Assembly: GCA_965223655.1 (NCBI GenBank)
Contig: CBDCXC010000013.1
Coordinates: 3,688 to 27,687 of the forward strand
From: Phycisphaeraceae bacterium
Lineage (GTDB): Bacteria > Planctomycetota > Phycisphaerae > Phycisphaerales > Phycisphaeraceae
Reading direction: 5' to 3'
Length of the DNA: 24,000 nucleotides
Shown piece after piece: positions 1 to 8,296 of this stretch. How positions within the stretch are numbered: the stretch's first letter is position 1; each line of letters starts with the position of its first letter. A program made the translations under genes and the position numbers. Under the pieces are notes generated by a model. The model made no database searches. It saw nothing but the letters and a program-made list of their open reading frames with translations, and was not told the DNA's origin.

Positions 1-1
1 C

Positions 2-1381
2 AACCTCGATCGCGTGATGGCCACGCTATCACCCAAGATCTCGATCCAGAGCCCCGACCAACCCGGCAGCCGGGTCGAGATCGCATTCCAAGAGCTGGAA
101 GACTTCCACCCCGATCGGCTCTATGACCGGGTGGCGCTGTTCCAGGCGCTGCACCAGGTGCGTTGTGATCTGCTTGATCCATCGACCTTTGAATCCGCAG
201 CCGCCCAAGCCCGGCAATGGGCCCAAGACCTGCCCGAGGCCTCAACAACACACCCGCCTACCCGTGAACCCGTCCGCCCAAATCAAAAGGACGATGCTCA
301 ACCGGGCCAGGAAAGCCAAGACGACATGTTCCAGCGTTTAATGGGCAAGCCGCGCAGCCAACCCACACCCACACCCGGGGCCGTTGGGGTCCAAGCGCTG
401 CTCAAGCAGGTCGTCGGGCCCCACATCGTGCCCGGGCCCAACCCCCACCAACAGCAGCTGGTTCAAGCCGTCGACCAAGCCATCGGCAAACAGATGCGGT
501 CGATCCTCCACGCCCCGGCGTTCCAGGCATTGGAAGCCACTTGGCGGTCATTGGATTACTTGGTGCGACACCTCGAGACCGATCAGCAGCTGCAGCTGTA
601 CATGCTCGATACCACCAAGCAGCGGCTGGCCCAAGACCTAGACACGGCGGACGACCTGACATCCACAGCCCTCTACGACACACTGGTCGACCAAGCGGTG
701 GGATCGGCCGGTGGCCAGCCGTGGGCCGTCGTGATCGGCGATTTCACCTTCCACGCCACCCAACACGACGCCCAGACATTGGGGCGTATCGCCAAGATTG
801 TCCGCCGATCCGGCGGGGCGTTTCTGGCAGACGCCAGCCCACACCTGCTGGGCTGTGAATCACTAACCCAAACCCCAACACCCACCGACTGGGACCGCCC
901 CATCGAACCCCAGGCCCAAGCCGGATGGGACGCGGTGCGCAAGCTCAAAGAGGCCGCCCACGTCGGCCTGATCACGCCGCGGTTCCTGCTGCGGCTGCCT
1001 TACGGTGCAAAAACCGACCCGATCGATCGGTTTGCGTTTGAAGAGGTCCCCCACAACCCAAGCCACGGGCCGTTCCTCTGGGGCAACGCAGCGTTCCTGG
1101 GTGCGTACCTGCTTGGGCACGAATTCACCCAGTACGGGTGGGGGCTTACCCCCGGTGTCGGCTGCAAAGTCGAAGACCTGCCCGCTCATACGTACCAAGA
1201 AGCGGGCGAATCAAAAATGACACCCTGTGGGCAAGCCTGGCTAAGCGACCGGTCCGCCGAGGCGATCCAAAACCAGGGCCTCATGGCGCTGCTGTCGGTC
1301 CGTGGGCGCGACGCGGTACGGTTGGCGCGGTTCCAATCGATCGCTAACCCGGCTCAAAGCCTCGCCGGCCCGTGGGGGTAA
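2..1381 (+). CDS. tssC: Type VI secretion-type contractile sheath protein. A TssC/VipB-like core is preceded in the same frame by a TssB/VipA-like C-terminal segment. 5'-partial: the ORF is open to the window edge.
   Basis: There is no in-frame stop between nt 2 and the GTG listed at 14, so the ORF continues upstream. Residues about 150-455 carry TssC hallmarks: ILHAPAFQALEATWRSLDYLV, PRFLLRLPYG, FAFEE, LWGNAAF, YGW, VEDLPAH. The first ~55 residues (LSPKISIQ..RVEIAFQELEDFHPDRLY..LFQAL) resemble the C-terminal end of TssB. A P/Q/T-rich linker joins the two parts. Confidence 0.75.
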   Translation, partial: NLDRVMATLSPKISIQSPDQPGSRVEIAFQELEDFHPDRLYDRVALFQALHQVRCDLLDPSTFESAAAQARQWAQDLPEASTTHPPTREPVRPNQKDDAQPGQESQDDMFQRLMGKPRSQPTPTPGAVGVQALLKQVVGPHIVPGPNPHQQQLVQAVDQAIGKQMRSILHAPAFQALEATWRSLDYLVRHLETDQQLQLYMLDTTKQRLAQDLDTADDLTSTALYDTLVDQAVGSAGGQPWAVVIGDFTFHATQHDAQTLGRIAKIVRRSGGAFLADASPHLLGCESLTQTPTPTDWDRPIEPQAQAGWDAVRKLKEAAHVGLITPRFLLRLPYGAKTDPIDRFAFEEVPHNPSHGPFLWGNAAFLGAYLLGHEFTQYGWGLTPGVGCKVEDLPAHTYQEAGESKMTPCGQAWLSDRSAEAIQNQGLMALLSVRGRDAVRLARFQSIANPAQSLAGPWG

Positions 1382-1414
1382 ACCCACACCCCGCACGACG
1401 CCGATAATCCCGAT

Positions 1415-2098
1415 ATGCTCGCTGCTTCGTCGTCATCAGACCCGGTGGTGTGGTGGGTCTTGGGGGGATTCTTTGGCCTGGCGGTTGTGGCGCTGATCGG
1501 CAGTTTGTGGTACGAGAAAAACCGCCAGAAAAAACTGGCCCAGATCGCCGATCAGCTGGGCTTCGATTTCCAGCCCAAAAACGACACCGTATCCGACCGC
1601 GGGCTTGAGGGGTTCGATCTGTTCCAGCAGGGGCGCAGACAGCAGTGCAAAAATACCATGACGGGCACGCTGGAAGACATCGGCGTGGCGATCTTCGATT
1701 ACCAATACACCGTGGGCCATGGCAAACACCAAACCACCTATCGACAGACCGTCGCGGCACTGCAGCTGCCCCAGCCGCTATTCCCCGCCTTTACCCTGAA
1801 ACGGGAGCATGTTTTCCACAAAATCGGTCAAGCCTTCGGGGCCAAGGATATCGACTTCGACGACTTCCCCGACTTCTCCAAGCGGTACCTGCTCAATGGG
1901 GCCGATGAGCAGGCGATCCGTGATTTCTTCACGCCCGACACGCTGCGCTACTTCGAGCAGCTCAAACCCAAGTGGGAGCTGCAAGCCCACGGGCACCAGA
2001 TGATCCTCTACCAGCGTGCAAAACGCTTCAAGCCCGCGCAGTACGATGGGTTTCTCAAGCAAGCCTGGGATGTGCTGCTGGCATTCCCGACCGCCTGA
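1415..2098 (+). CDS. Hypothetical membrane-anchored protein: one N-terminal TM helix plus a ~190-aa soluble domain. Probably co-transcribed with the sheath gene.
   Basis: The ATG lies 33 nt after the sheath stop codon. The hydrophobic helix is VVWWVLGGFFGLAVVALIGSLW. Third-position GC bias is typical of the coding regions in this window. I do not recognise a family with confidence; it may be DUF3137-like. Confidence 0.6.
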   Translation: MLAASSSSDPVVWWVLGGFFGLAVVALIGSLWYEKNRQKKLAQIADQLGFDFQPKNDTVSDRGLEGFDLFQQGRRQQCKNTMTGTLEDIGVAIFDYQYTVGHGKHQTTYRQTVAALQLPQPLFPAFTLKREHVFHKIGQAFGAKDIDFDDFPDFSKRYLLNGADEQAIRDFFTPDTLRYFEQLKPKWELQAHGHQMILYQRAKRFKPAQYDGFLKQAWDVLLAFPTA

Positions 2099-2198
2099 CC
2101 CATCGGGCTTGACCCGCCATACCGGTCAGCCAGCCCTGCCACGCCTGCTGTTTCACCATTGAGACGGCTAGGCCGTTGATCATAGACCCCAGGATCGG

Positions 2199-2306
2199 CC
2201 GATAGACCAACCCCGATCAGGTTTGCAGGGCCCCGTTCGCCCGCGGCAGGTTAATTTTCGATGTTCTTGTGTCTCCGACGCGGCAAACGCATGCCCGATG
2301 GGTATA
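2199..2306 (+). repeat. Conserved non-coding element, copy A (intact), about 100 nt upstream of nth
   Basis: A hand alignment to 10797-10874 plus 11118-11149 gives about 84 identical positions in 110 columns. This includes perfect blocks CGCGGCAAACGCAT and CCCGATGGGTATA. The element ends in a promoter-like GCGGCA-N17-TATAAA. Confidence 0.6.
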
Positions 2307-2406
2307 AAATACACCGCCCAGAGACAGAAATAGACCAGAGACCCCTTGCTGGCAACACGCCCACCCCCACCAACACCACCAAGAAGTAAACCACAAGACA
2401 GCTCCT

Positions 2407-3105
2407 ATGACCAAAGCTACCCGCGCTACCACACGCCGAACCCAACCCACACCCACCACCCCCACCGCCCAGCAGCGGCGGGACGCCAAGTGGTTCTACA
2501 ACCAGCTGCTCAAGCTCTACCCCGATGCACAATGCGCCCTGACCCACCGCAACGCCTACCAGCTGCTGGTCGCCACAATCCTCTCGGCCCAGTGCACCGA
2601 TGCGCGCGTCAACATGGTCACACCCGCGCTGTTCAAGCAATACCCCAAACCCCAAGCGATGGCCGACGCGCCATTGAGCGAAATCGAGCAGGCGGTACGC
2701 ACCACCGGCTTCTACCGAAACAAAGCCAAAAACATCCAAGCCGCCAGCCGCATCCTCGTCCAACAGCACAACGGCAAAGTCCCCCAAACCATGGACCAGC
2801 TCACCCAGCTGCCCGGGGTAGCGCGCAAAACCGCCAACGTTGTGCTGGGCAACGCGTTTGGCATTAATGAAGGCGTGGTCGTCGATACCCACGCAGGCCG
2901 GATCAGCCAAAGGCTAGGCCTCACACCACACACCGACCCCAAAAAAATCGAGCAAGACCTGATGAGGCTATTCCCAAAAACCAAATGGATGATGCTCTCA
3001 CACCTGCTGATCCACCACGGCCGATCGCTGTGCCCGGCGCGCAAGCCCAAGTGCGACCAATGCCCCCTAGCCAAGCGCTGCCCTCAAGTGGGGCTGAACA
3101 CGTAA
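2407..3105 (+). CDS. nth: Endonuclease III (DNA glycosylase/AP lyase, HhH-GPD family with 4Fe-4S cluster)
   Basis: Diagnostic motifs are LLVATILSAQCTDARVN, the HhH segment LPGVARKTANVVLGNAFG, VVDTHAGRISQRLGL, and the C-terminal Cys cluster C-x6-C-xx-C-x5-C (CPARKPKCDQCPLAKRC). There is a T/P/R-rich N-terminal extension of about 25 aa. Confidence 0.92.
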   Translation: MTKATRATTRRTQPTPTTPTAQQRRDAKWFYNQLLKLYPDAQCALTHRNAYQLLVATILSAQCTDARVNMVTPALFKQYPKPQAMADAPLSEIEQAVRTTGFYRNKAKNIQAASRILVQQHNGKVPQTMDQLTQLPGVARKTANVVLGNAFGINEGVVVDTHAGRISQRLGLTPHTDPKKIEQDLMRLFPKTKWMMLSHLLIHHGRSLCPARKPKCDQCPLAKRCPQVGLNT

Positions 3106-3245
3106 ACTGATAGCAAGTTCTATACAACCCCCCGGGCCAATCACCGATACGAGATTAGGCTTGCGCTACGCCCCTGATGATCACGGGGCCCTATAACCCA
3201 ACCGCCAGCCACTCCGGGTACCGGCTACCAGAAAGGAATGGAACA

Positions 3246-4562
3246 ATGACCACCGCCACCCAAAACCCACCCACCGACAGCATCTTCACCGACGCGATCA
3301 AACGCCTGGACCGGGCCGCCCAATACGCCAAGCTCGACCAAGAAACCATCGAACGCCTCAAGCACCCCAAAGCAATCATCCAGGCCTCCATCCCCGTACG
3401 CATGGATGACGGGTCGCTGCGGGTCTTCACCGGCTACCGCGTGCGACACGACGACACGCGTGGCCCAGCCAAGGGCGGCATCCGGTTCCACCCCAACGTC
3501 TCGATGGACGAGGTCAAAGCACTCGCCCTGTGGATGACCTGCAAGTGTGCCGTCGTCGGTATCCCGTACGGCGGGGGCAAGGGCGGGGTCATCGTCAACC
3601 CCAAAGAGCTCTCTCGCCTAGAGCTCGAACGGCTTAGCCGCGGATTCATCGGGCAGATCGCCGACTTCATCGGACCCGATAAAGACATCCCCGCGCCCGA
3701 CGTCTACACCAACGCCATGATCATGGGCTGGATGATGGACGAATACTCCAAGATCCGCCGCCAGCACTGCCCCGCGGTCATCACCGGCAAGCCCCTGCCG
3801 CTGGGCGGCAGCCTCGGGCGCGACGACGCCACCGGCCGTGGCGCGTACTACTGCATCAAAGAACTCGAACAAATCAAAGGCTGGGTCCCCAACCAGATCC
3901 GTGTCGCCGTCCAAGGCTTCGGCAACGCCGGCCAACACGTCGCCAGCCTGCTGCACGCAGACGGGTACACCATCGTCGCGGTCAGCGACTCGCGTGGCGG
4001 AGTGTACCGCAGCCAAGGGTTCGACGTCCCCAGCCTGATCAAAATCAAAAACGAGACTCGACAAGTCAAAGCCGTCTACTGCGACGGCTCGGTCTGCGAA
4101 GCCATCGAAGCCCAAAACGTCACCAACGAACAGCTGCTCGAACTCGACGTCGATGTCCTGATCCCCGCAGCCTTAGAAAACCAGATCACCGATGACAACG
4201 CCCACCGCATCCAAGCCCCGGTGATCGTCGAGGTCGCCAACGGACCCGTCACCAGCCAGGCCGACGCCGTGCTCAATCAAAAGAAAATACTTGTCGTCCC
4301 CGACATCCTCGCCAACGCCGGGGGCGTCACCGTCAGCTACTTCGAGTGGGTCCAAAACAAACAAGGCTTCTACTGGCCGATCGAAGAGGTCCACCAGCGG
4401 CTACACCAGATCATGGCCCGAGAGTTCGGCGCGATCTACGGCCTGATGAACCACCACCAGATCGACATGCGCACCGCCGCCTACGCACACGCCATGGGGC
4501 GGATCGGCCAAGCCGTCGAATCCCACGGCACGCACCGGTACTTCTCCAACAACGGCTCGTAA
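3246..4562 (+). CDS. gdhA: Glutamate dehydrogenase (Glu/Leu/Phe/Val dehydrogenase family)
   Basis: Motifs [18 protein letters not shown] and the Rossmann segment [12 protein letters not shown] are present. I prefer ATG 3246, which has AAGGA about 9 nt upstream. The ORF-track start at 3177 would add 23 residues that look non-homologous. Confidence 0.9.
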   Translation: MTTATQNPPTDSIFTDAIKRLDRAAQYAKLDQETIERLKHPKAIIQASIPVRMDDGSLRVFTGYRVRHDDTRGPAKGGIRFHPNVSMDEVKALALWMTCKCAVVGIPYGGGKGGVIVNPKELSRLELERLSRGFIGQIADFIGPDKDIPAPDVYTNAMIMGWMMDEYSKIRRQHCPAVITGKPLPLGGSLGRDDATGRGAYYCIKELEQIKGWVPNQIRVAVQGFGNAGQHVASLLHADGYTIVAVSDSRGGVYRSQGFDVPSLIKIKNETRQVKAVYCDGSVCEAIEAQNVTNEQLLELDVDVLIPAALENQITDDNAHRIQAPVIVEVANGPVTSQADAVLNQKKILVVPDILANAGGVTVSYFEWVQNKQGFYWPIEEVHQRLHQIMAREFGAIYGLMNHHQIDMRTAAYAHAMGRIGQAVESHGTHRYFSNNGS

Positions 4563-4599
4563 CCCTCACCGAAAAAAAGTGCCCCCACCCCGCTCAGAG

Positions 4600-4618
4600 C
4601 CGGGCTCTGTGAGCCCGG
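4600..4618 (+). terminator. Hairpin downstream of gdhA, a possible intrinsic terminator
   Basis: CCGGGCTC-TGT-GAGCCCGG forms an 8-bp GC-rich stem with a 3-nt loop, 38 nt after the stop. It is followed by a weak T-containing tract (TCTATTGCTCTC). Confidence 0.45.
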
Positions 4619-4650
4619 TCTATTGCTCTCCCACCAACACACCGCGCACG

Positions 4651-4691
4651 AAAAAAAACGATCCAGCCGCACAGTTCGTGGGCTGGATCGT
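4651..4691 (-). terminator. Rho-independent terminator for the minus-strand PEP-CTERM gene
   Basis: The perfect 11-bp stem ACGATCCAGCC/GGCTGGATCGT has a 12-nt loop. On the minus strand a run of 8 T (A8 at 4651-4658 on plus) follows immediately. A second, weaker hairpin lies at 4709-4729. Confidence 0.75.
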
Positions 4692-4764
4692 TATTGATTC
4701 AAGTTCAAGGGTTAGGTGAAACCTAGCCCCCGTGTCGCGGTGCGATCAAGCACGCTCGGCTCGC

Positions 4765-5550
4765 TTAGCCACGCCGACGGGTCCGCTGGCACAGCGCCGC
4801 TAAACCGGCAACCCCCAGCAACGCGGTGGCCGGCTCGGGCACACCGTCGAAATCGTCTTGACCACCGAAATCATCACCGCCATCGTCGCCGCCGTCATCA
4901 GGCGTGCCCGGGAGCTTCAGGCTACCGTCACCGTCGACCCCAACGTTCTGCATCCGGACAAACGGGCTGAACTCGTCATCCGTATTCAGCTCCGGCGTGC
5001 TGCCGGGAGCAAAGGTCAGGGTCAGCGTCGCCGTGGTGAAGTAGTTAGGCAAAGAGGCCAACGCCGAGCTGCCGATCATCGCCGGGTTGTAGATAGCACC
5101 TGATGTACCGCTGGTCGTCTGGGGCAGGTAATCCAAGCTAATGCCAGCCAAAAAGTTAGTCATCTCCCACGTCTCACCCGCCAGGCCTGCGTCGCTGCCG
5201 ATCGTCGTCATGGTCACGCCATCGCTCTCCAACGCCACCAGCGACCAGCTGGCCAGGCTCAGCGTATCGGGATCGAGGTTAAACCCAAACCCAACAATCC
5301 CCGGGGCGTTGTCAGTCGTGCCATCGCCGTTGGTGTGCCCATCATCAAGCGTGGTCGGCGAGGTGTTGTCCAACACCGCGGTCACCACATTACCTGCGAT
5401 GGTGATATCCATGGTCGCAGTGCCCGTGCCGTTCTCATCCGACAGCGGACCGAAATTGAATAAGGTTGCGTGGCTGGCCGTCGCCGACAGCCCCAAACCA
5501 GCAACCGCAGCCAAACTGCACACCAACTTCCTGAGATCAGTGATTTTCAT
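4765..5550 (-). CDS. Secreted PEP-CTERM sorting-domain protein
   Basis: The C-terminus VPEPATALLGVAGLAALCQRTRRRG has the PEP motif, a TM helix and a basic tail. The N-terminal signal peptide is MKITDLRKLVCSLAAVAGLGLSATASHA. ATG 5550 is preceded by GGGGAG. An acidic D/G-rich spacer (DDGGDDGGDDFGGQDDFDG) precedes the PEP motif. Confidence 0.85.
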   Translation of the reverse strand: MKITDLRKLVCSLAAVAGLGLSATASHATLFNFGPLSDENGTGTATMDITIAGNVVTAVLDNTSPTTLDDGHTNGDGTTDNAPGIVGFGFNLDPDTLSLASWSLVALESDGVTMTTIGSDAGLAGETWEMTNFLAGISLDYLPQTTSGTSGAIYNPAMIGSSALASLPNYFTTATLTLTFAPGSTPELNTDDEFSPFVRMQNVGVDGDGSLKLPGTPDDGGDDGGDDFGGQDDFDGVPEPATALLGVAGLAALCQRTRRRG

Positions 5551-5694
5551 CGTGTTTTCTCCCCTTCTTGTTGTTCCAGAAACGAATTTGTGATAAGCAA
5601 TCAAAAGATATGTACTGCCTGCCCGCACAGCCCCGGTGGCTGATGCGTGCTCTTTATTTTTACCACGCTAAAGGCGGAATGCGAATTTTTTTCC

Positions 5695-5713
5695 GGAATG
5701 CAGCCAACCTTCA
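5695..5713. promoter_or_regulatory. Shared intergenic motif GGAAT(T)GCAGCCAACCTTCA, copy 1
   Basis: The 15-nt exact match TGCAGCCAACCTTCA, plus GGAAT with a 1-nt indel, recurs at 17573-17592. Both copies sit in divergent promoter regions in the same orientation. The half-site CGGAATGC is also repeated at 5675-5682 and 5694-5701. Confidence 0.3.
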
Positions 5714-5899
5714 AAAATAGACGTAAATCTGTTTTTTTGCGGATTTTACGTCCATTTTTGGGTGGCATAAAAAAATGCCGCCCGCTGGAAAACCATCCCA
5801 CAAGCAACGGTTTGGTAATTTAGGAGCCTTATACCGGTGACCTGGTTAGGCGATCGGGGATACAAAAATAAACCAGGACATCTCGTGCCCCGGCCCAAC

Positions 5900-6625
5900 A
5901 TGCAAGTCAGTAACCCCCGATTACTCGTGAGCATCCGCAACGCCACAGAAGCCGCCCAAGCCCTCGCAGGCGGGGCCGACCTGATCGATATAAAAGAGCC
6001 CGCCCGCGGCCCGCTTGGCCCGCCCGACCACCACACACGCCAATCGGTGATCGATACGGTACGCGGCCGAAAACCGGTCAGCACCGCCATGGGGGAACTG
6101 GCCACCCAACCGCCCACCCCATTGCCCCCCGGCATCGATTACGCCAAGGTCGGCCTGGCCCACGCCCCCCACGATTGGCCCCACCAGCTGACCCAATACC
6201 AAGCCGCCATCGCCCCTACCCCGCTTATCCCCGTCGCTTACGCCGATGCCGCACCTGTCGCCGCACCACCGCCCCACGCCGTGCTGCAATGGGCACACCA
6301 ACACCACGCCCCAGCCCTGCTGATCGACACCGCGATCAAGACCCACCACAACCTGCTGGACTGGCTCAATACCCAAGACCTCGCCCGGCTGATCCGCCAA
6401 GCGCACGACACCGGTCTAATGATCGCGCTAGCCGGATCACTCACCGGCCACGCACTCTACCGCGTCGCACAGCTAGGGCCCGACATCATCGCGGTCCGCA
6501 CCGCCGCCTGTGAAAACCAAGACCGCTTACAATCAGTCACGCAAGCCCGTGTGCGAACCCTGGTCAACGCCATGATCAACGCCCTTGCAAAACCCGCCGC
6601 ACCACCGGCTCGGTGCGCCAGTTGA
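5900..6625 (+). CDS. mfnB: MfnB-like (5-formylfuran-3-yl)methyl phosphate synthase (DUF556 family), for methanofuran/methylofuran biosynthesis
   Basis: LLVSIRNATEAAQALAGGADLIDIKEP, DYAKVGL, LLIDTAIK, ALAGSL and IIAVRTAACENQDR run colinear with archaeal MfnB as I recall it. I prefer ATG 5900; GTG 5837 is possible. Confidence 0.7.
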   Translation: MQVSNPRLLVSIRNATEAAQALAGGADLIDIKEPARGPLGPPDHHTRQSVIDTVRGRKPVSTAMGELATQPPTPLPPGIDYAKVGLAHAPHDWPHQLTQYQAAIAPTPLIPVAYADAAPVAAPPPHAVLQWAHQHHAPALLIDTAIKTHHNLLDWLNTQDLARLIRQAHDTGLMIALAGSLTGHALYRVAQLGPDIIAVRTAACENQDRLQSVTQARVRTLVNAMINALAKPAAPPARCAS

Positions 6626-7184
6626 CCACCACAACATTGGCGATCCCCGCCGCCGCTTCGGGAAAATCTTCATCCACCAGCCCCACCTCAGCCGCTTGAG
6701 ACAGACTGCACACCCCGTCAGGCAAGGCCGATTTGCAAAGTGTCAAACCATCCGCGTGCAGACGTGCCGCAATATGCGCCGCAATCGAATCGCTGGTAAA
6801 CCGCCACCGGTGCGGAACGCTCACCCCCTGCCGATGCTCTTCTTCCAGCCACGCCAACGGATCGACCAACGCCAGATCACCACCCGACCACGCACCCACA
6901 CAATCGTCCAAACCCGTCACCACCTGGAACCGCCGCAGCAGCGTCGCGACCATATACGTATTCAGCTGCATCGCACGCACCGCCAGCCAATGCCCCACCG
7001 CCTCGCCCACCTGGTGGGTATGATCAAACCGCCGCACCTGATCCGCCGCACCTCCCCCCCCAACCACCAGCACCCTGTGCAGCGCCCCATCGGTTGGATA
7101 CAACGCCTCAAGCCGCCGGCTTAGACCGGGTAAATCCAAGAGGCTGCCGCCCAGCTTGATCACCTCGATGCCATAACGATGCAT
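6576..7184 (-). CDS. Amino-acid-kinase-fold protein, MfnE-like (putative furan-methyl phosphate kinase of methanofuran synthesis)
   Basis: N-terminal VIKLGGSLL and VLVVGGGGAADQVR are typical of the Asp/Glu/uridylate kinase fold. ATG 7184 lies 5 nt after the upstream gene's stop, which indicates an operon. The MfnE assignment rests on context and family recall. Confidence 0.5.
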   Translation of the reverse strand: MHRYGIEVIKLGGSLLDLPGLSRRLEALYPTDGALHRVLVVGGGGAADQVRRFDHTHQVGEAVGHWLAVRAMQLNTYMVATLLRRFQVVTGLDDCVGAWSGGDLALVDPLAWLEEEHRQGVSVPHRWRFTSDSIAAHIAARLHADGLTLCKSALPDGVCSLSQAAEVGLVDEDFPEAAAGIANVVVVNWRTEPVVRRVLQGR

Positions 7185-7189
7185 TGGGG

Positions 7190-8209
7190 TTACCCCAGAG
7201 ACCCAACAGACCCCCGCAAAGCCAACTGCGCCAAAGCATACGCACACCCCGCGCAGGACGCCTCATCACCCCAGGCCTGGGCCAACCGCACCTGCGCCAC
7301 ACCCGGCCACACCCGGTCCGCCGCTTGAGACGCCAAAAAATCACCGCTGCCGCTAACCACCACCCGATCGGGCATCAGCCGACCCTGACACACGCGTGCG
7401 ATCCCTTGCGCCACACGGCCAGCGGCCAACCCAGCAAAACACCCCGCCAGCTCAACCGCATCCGCAACGGTATACATCTCCAGATCACCCCCAATCACCC
7501 GCACCACGCGCCGCGCCGCATCGACCCGCAACGCCGACTCACCCTGGGTCGCACCCCGCCAATACCCCGCTTCAGCGACCTGACCGGTCAGCCAAAACAC
7601 ATCGCCCGTCTTGGCGAACGCCTCCGCCACCAACCCATAACACCGCCCCCGCCATTGGACCTCGGTCCCCAACGCCGCCAAACCCGTGCGCCTCACCCCT
7701 ACATAGACCAGCTCACCCGTGGCCAGCCGATGGGGGTCAGTCAGCCCTTGGGCCCGAGGCAAACCACCCTCTAGCCACACAATATCCGTGGTCGTCGAAC
7801 CCGTATCGATGAACAGTGATTCCCCCTCCGGAAACTGCTGGGCCACAAACGTCGCCAACGCCAACCAGTTCGACGCCGCACAAACCAGCGGCTGCTGACG
7901 GGCCTCTTCCAGATCCACCAACCGCCCATCAGTCAGCCACACCCACACCGGCTTGGCACCCGCCACCGCACCCACCGCATCCAGCACATGGCCCACCCCC
8001 TCGCGTTTGGTCGTGAAGCACCCACACAGCTCCGCGGTCATCGTCACGACCAGCCCATCAAACCCCGGTGCCAGACGCAACAGCCGCCTCAACCGATGCG
8101 CCAGCTTGTGTGGGTGTTTCCAGACCGCAAACCGCACCGACCACGCACCGCCACCGCTGTGCGCCGCTTTAAGATTCGCCCCGCCCACATCCAAAGCTAA
8201 ATAATCCAT
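7190..8209 (-). CDS. Hydantoinase/oxoprolinase-like H4MPT-linked C1-transfer pathway protein (MfnF-like)
   Basis: MDYLALDVGGANLK (ASKHA phosphate-1 motif), LVVTMTAELCGCF and FIDTGSTTTDIV are present. ATG 8209 has GGGAAG upstream. The 48 extra residues of the ORF-track start fall in repeat-bearing intergenic DNA. Confidence 0.6.
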   Translation of the reverse strand: MDYLALDVGGANLKAAHSGGGAWSVRFAVWKHPHKLAHRLRRLLRLAPGFDGLVVTMTAELCGCFTTKREGVGHVLDAVGAVAGAKPVWVWLTDGRLVDLEEARQQPLVCAASNWLALATFVAQQFPEGESLFIDTGSTTTDIVWLEGGLPRAQGLTDPHRLATGELVYVGVRRTGLAALGTEVQWRGRCYGLVAEAFAKTGDVFWLTGQVAEAGYWRGATQGESALRVDAARRVVRVIGGDLEMYTVADAVELAGCFAGLAAGRVAQGIARVCQGRLMPDRVVVSGSGDFLASQAADRVWPGVAQVRLAQAWGDEASCAGCAYALAQLALRGSVGSLG

Positions 8210-8296
8210 CCAAAACTTCCCGCAACGAGCCGCAACCGTGAGGAAGCGGGTTCTTCTGATTTTCGTATCGGCCACAAACGAGGTACTAAAAAAGTG

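Noticed and set aside
2251-2910. 219-aa minus-strand ORF covering nth and its upstream repeat
   Set aside because: It is antisense to a motif-perfect nth. Its C-terminal part merely reads through the non-coding repeat element.
3106-3245. Riboswitch or leader structure upstream of gdhA (for example a glutamine-type riboswitch)
   Set aside because: Only trivial short self-complementary CCGG stems are visible, and I found no match to the conserved core sequences I can recall.
5695-5713. Reading the shared motif on the minus strand (TTGGCTGCATTCC) as a sigma54 -24/-12 promoter
   Set aside because: The GG and GC dinucleotides are not at the required 10-nt spacing in either copy.
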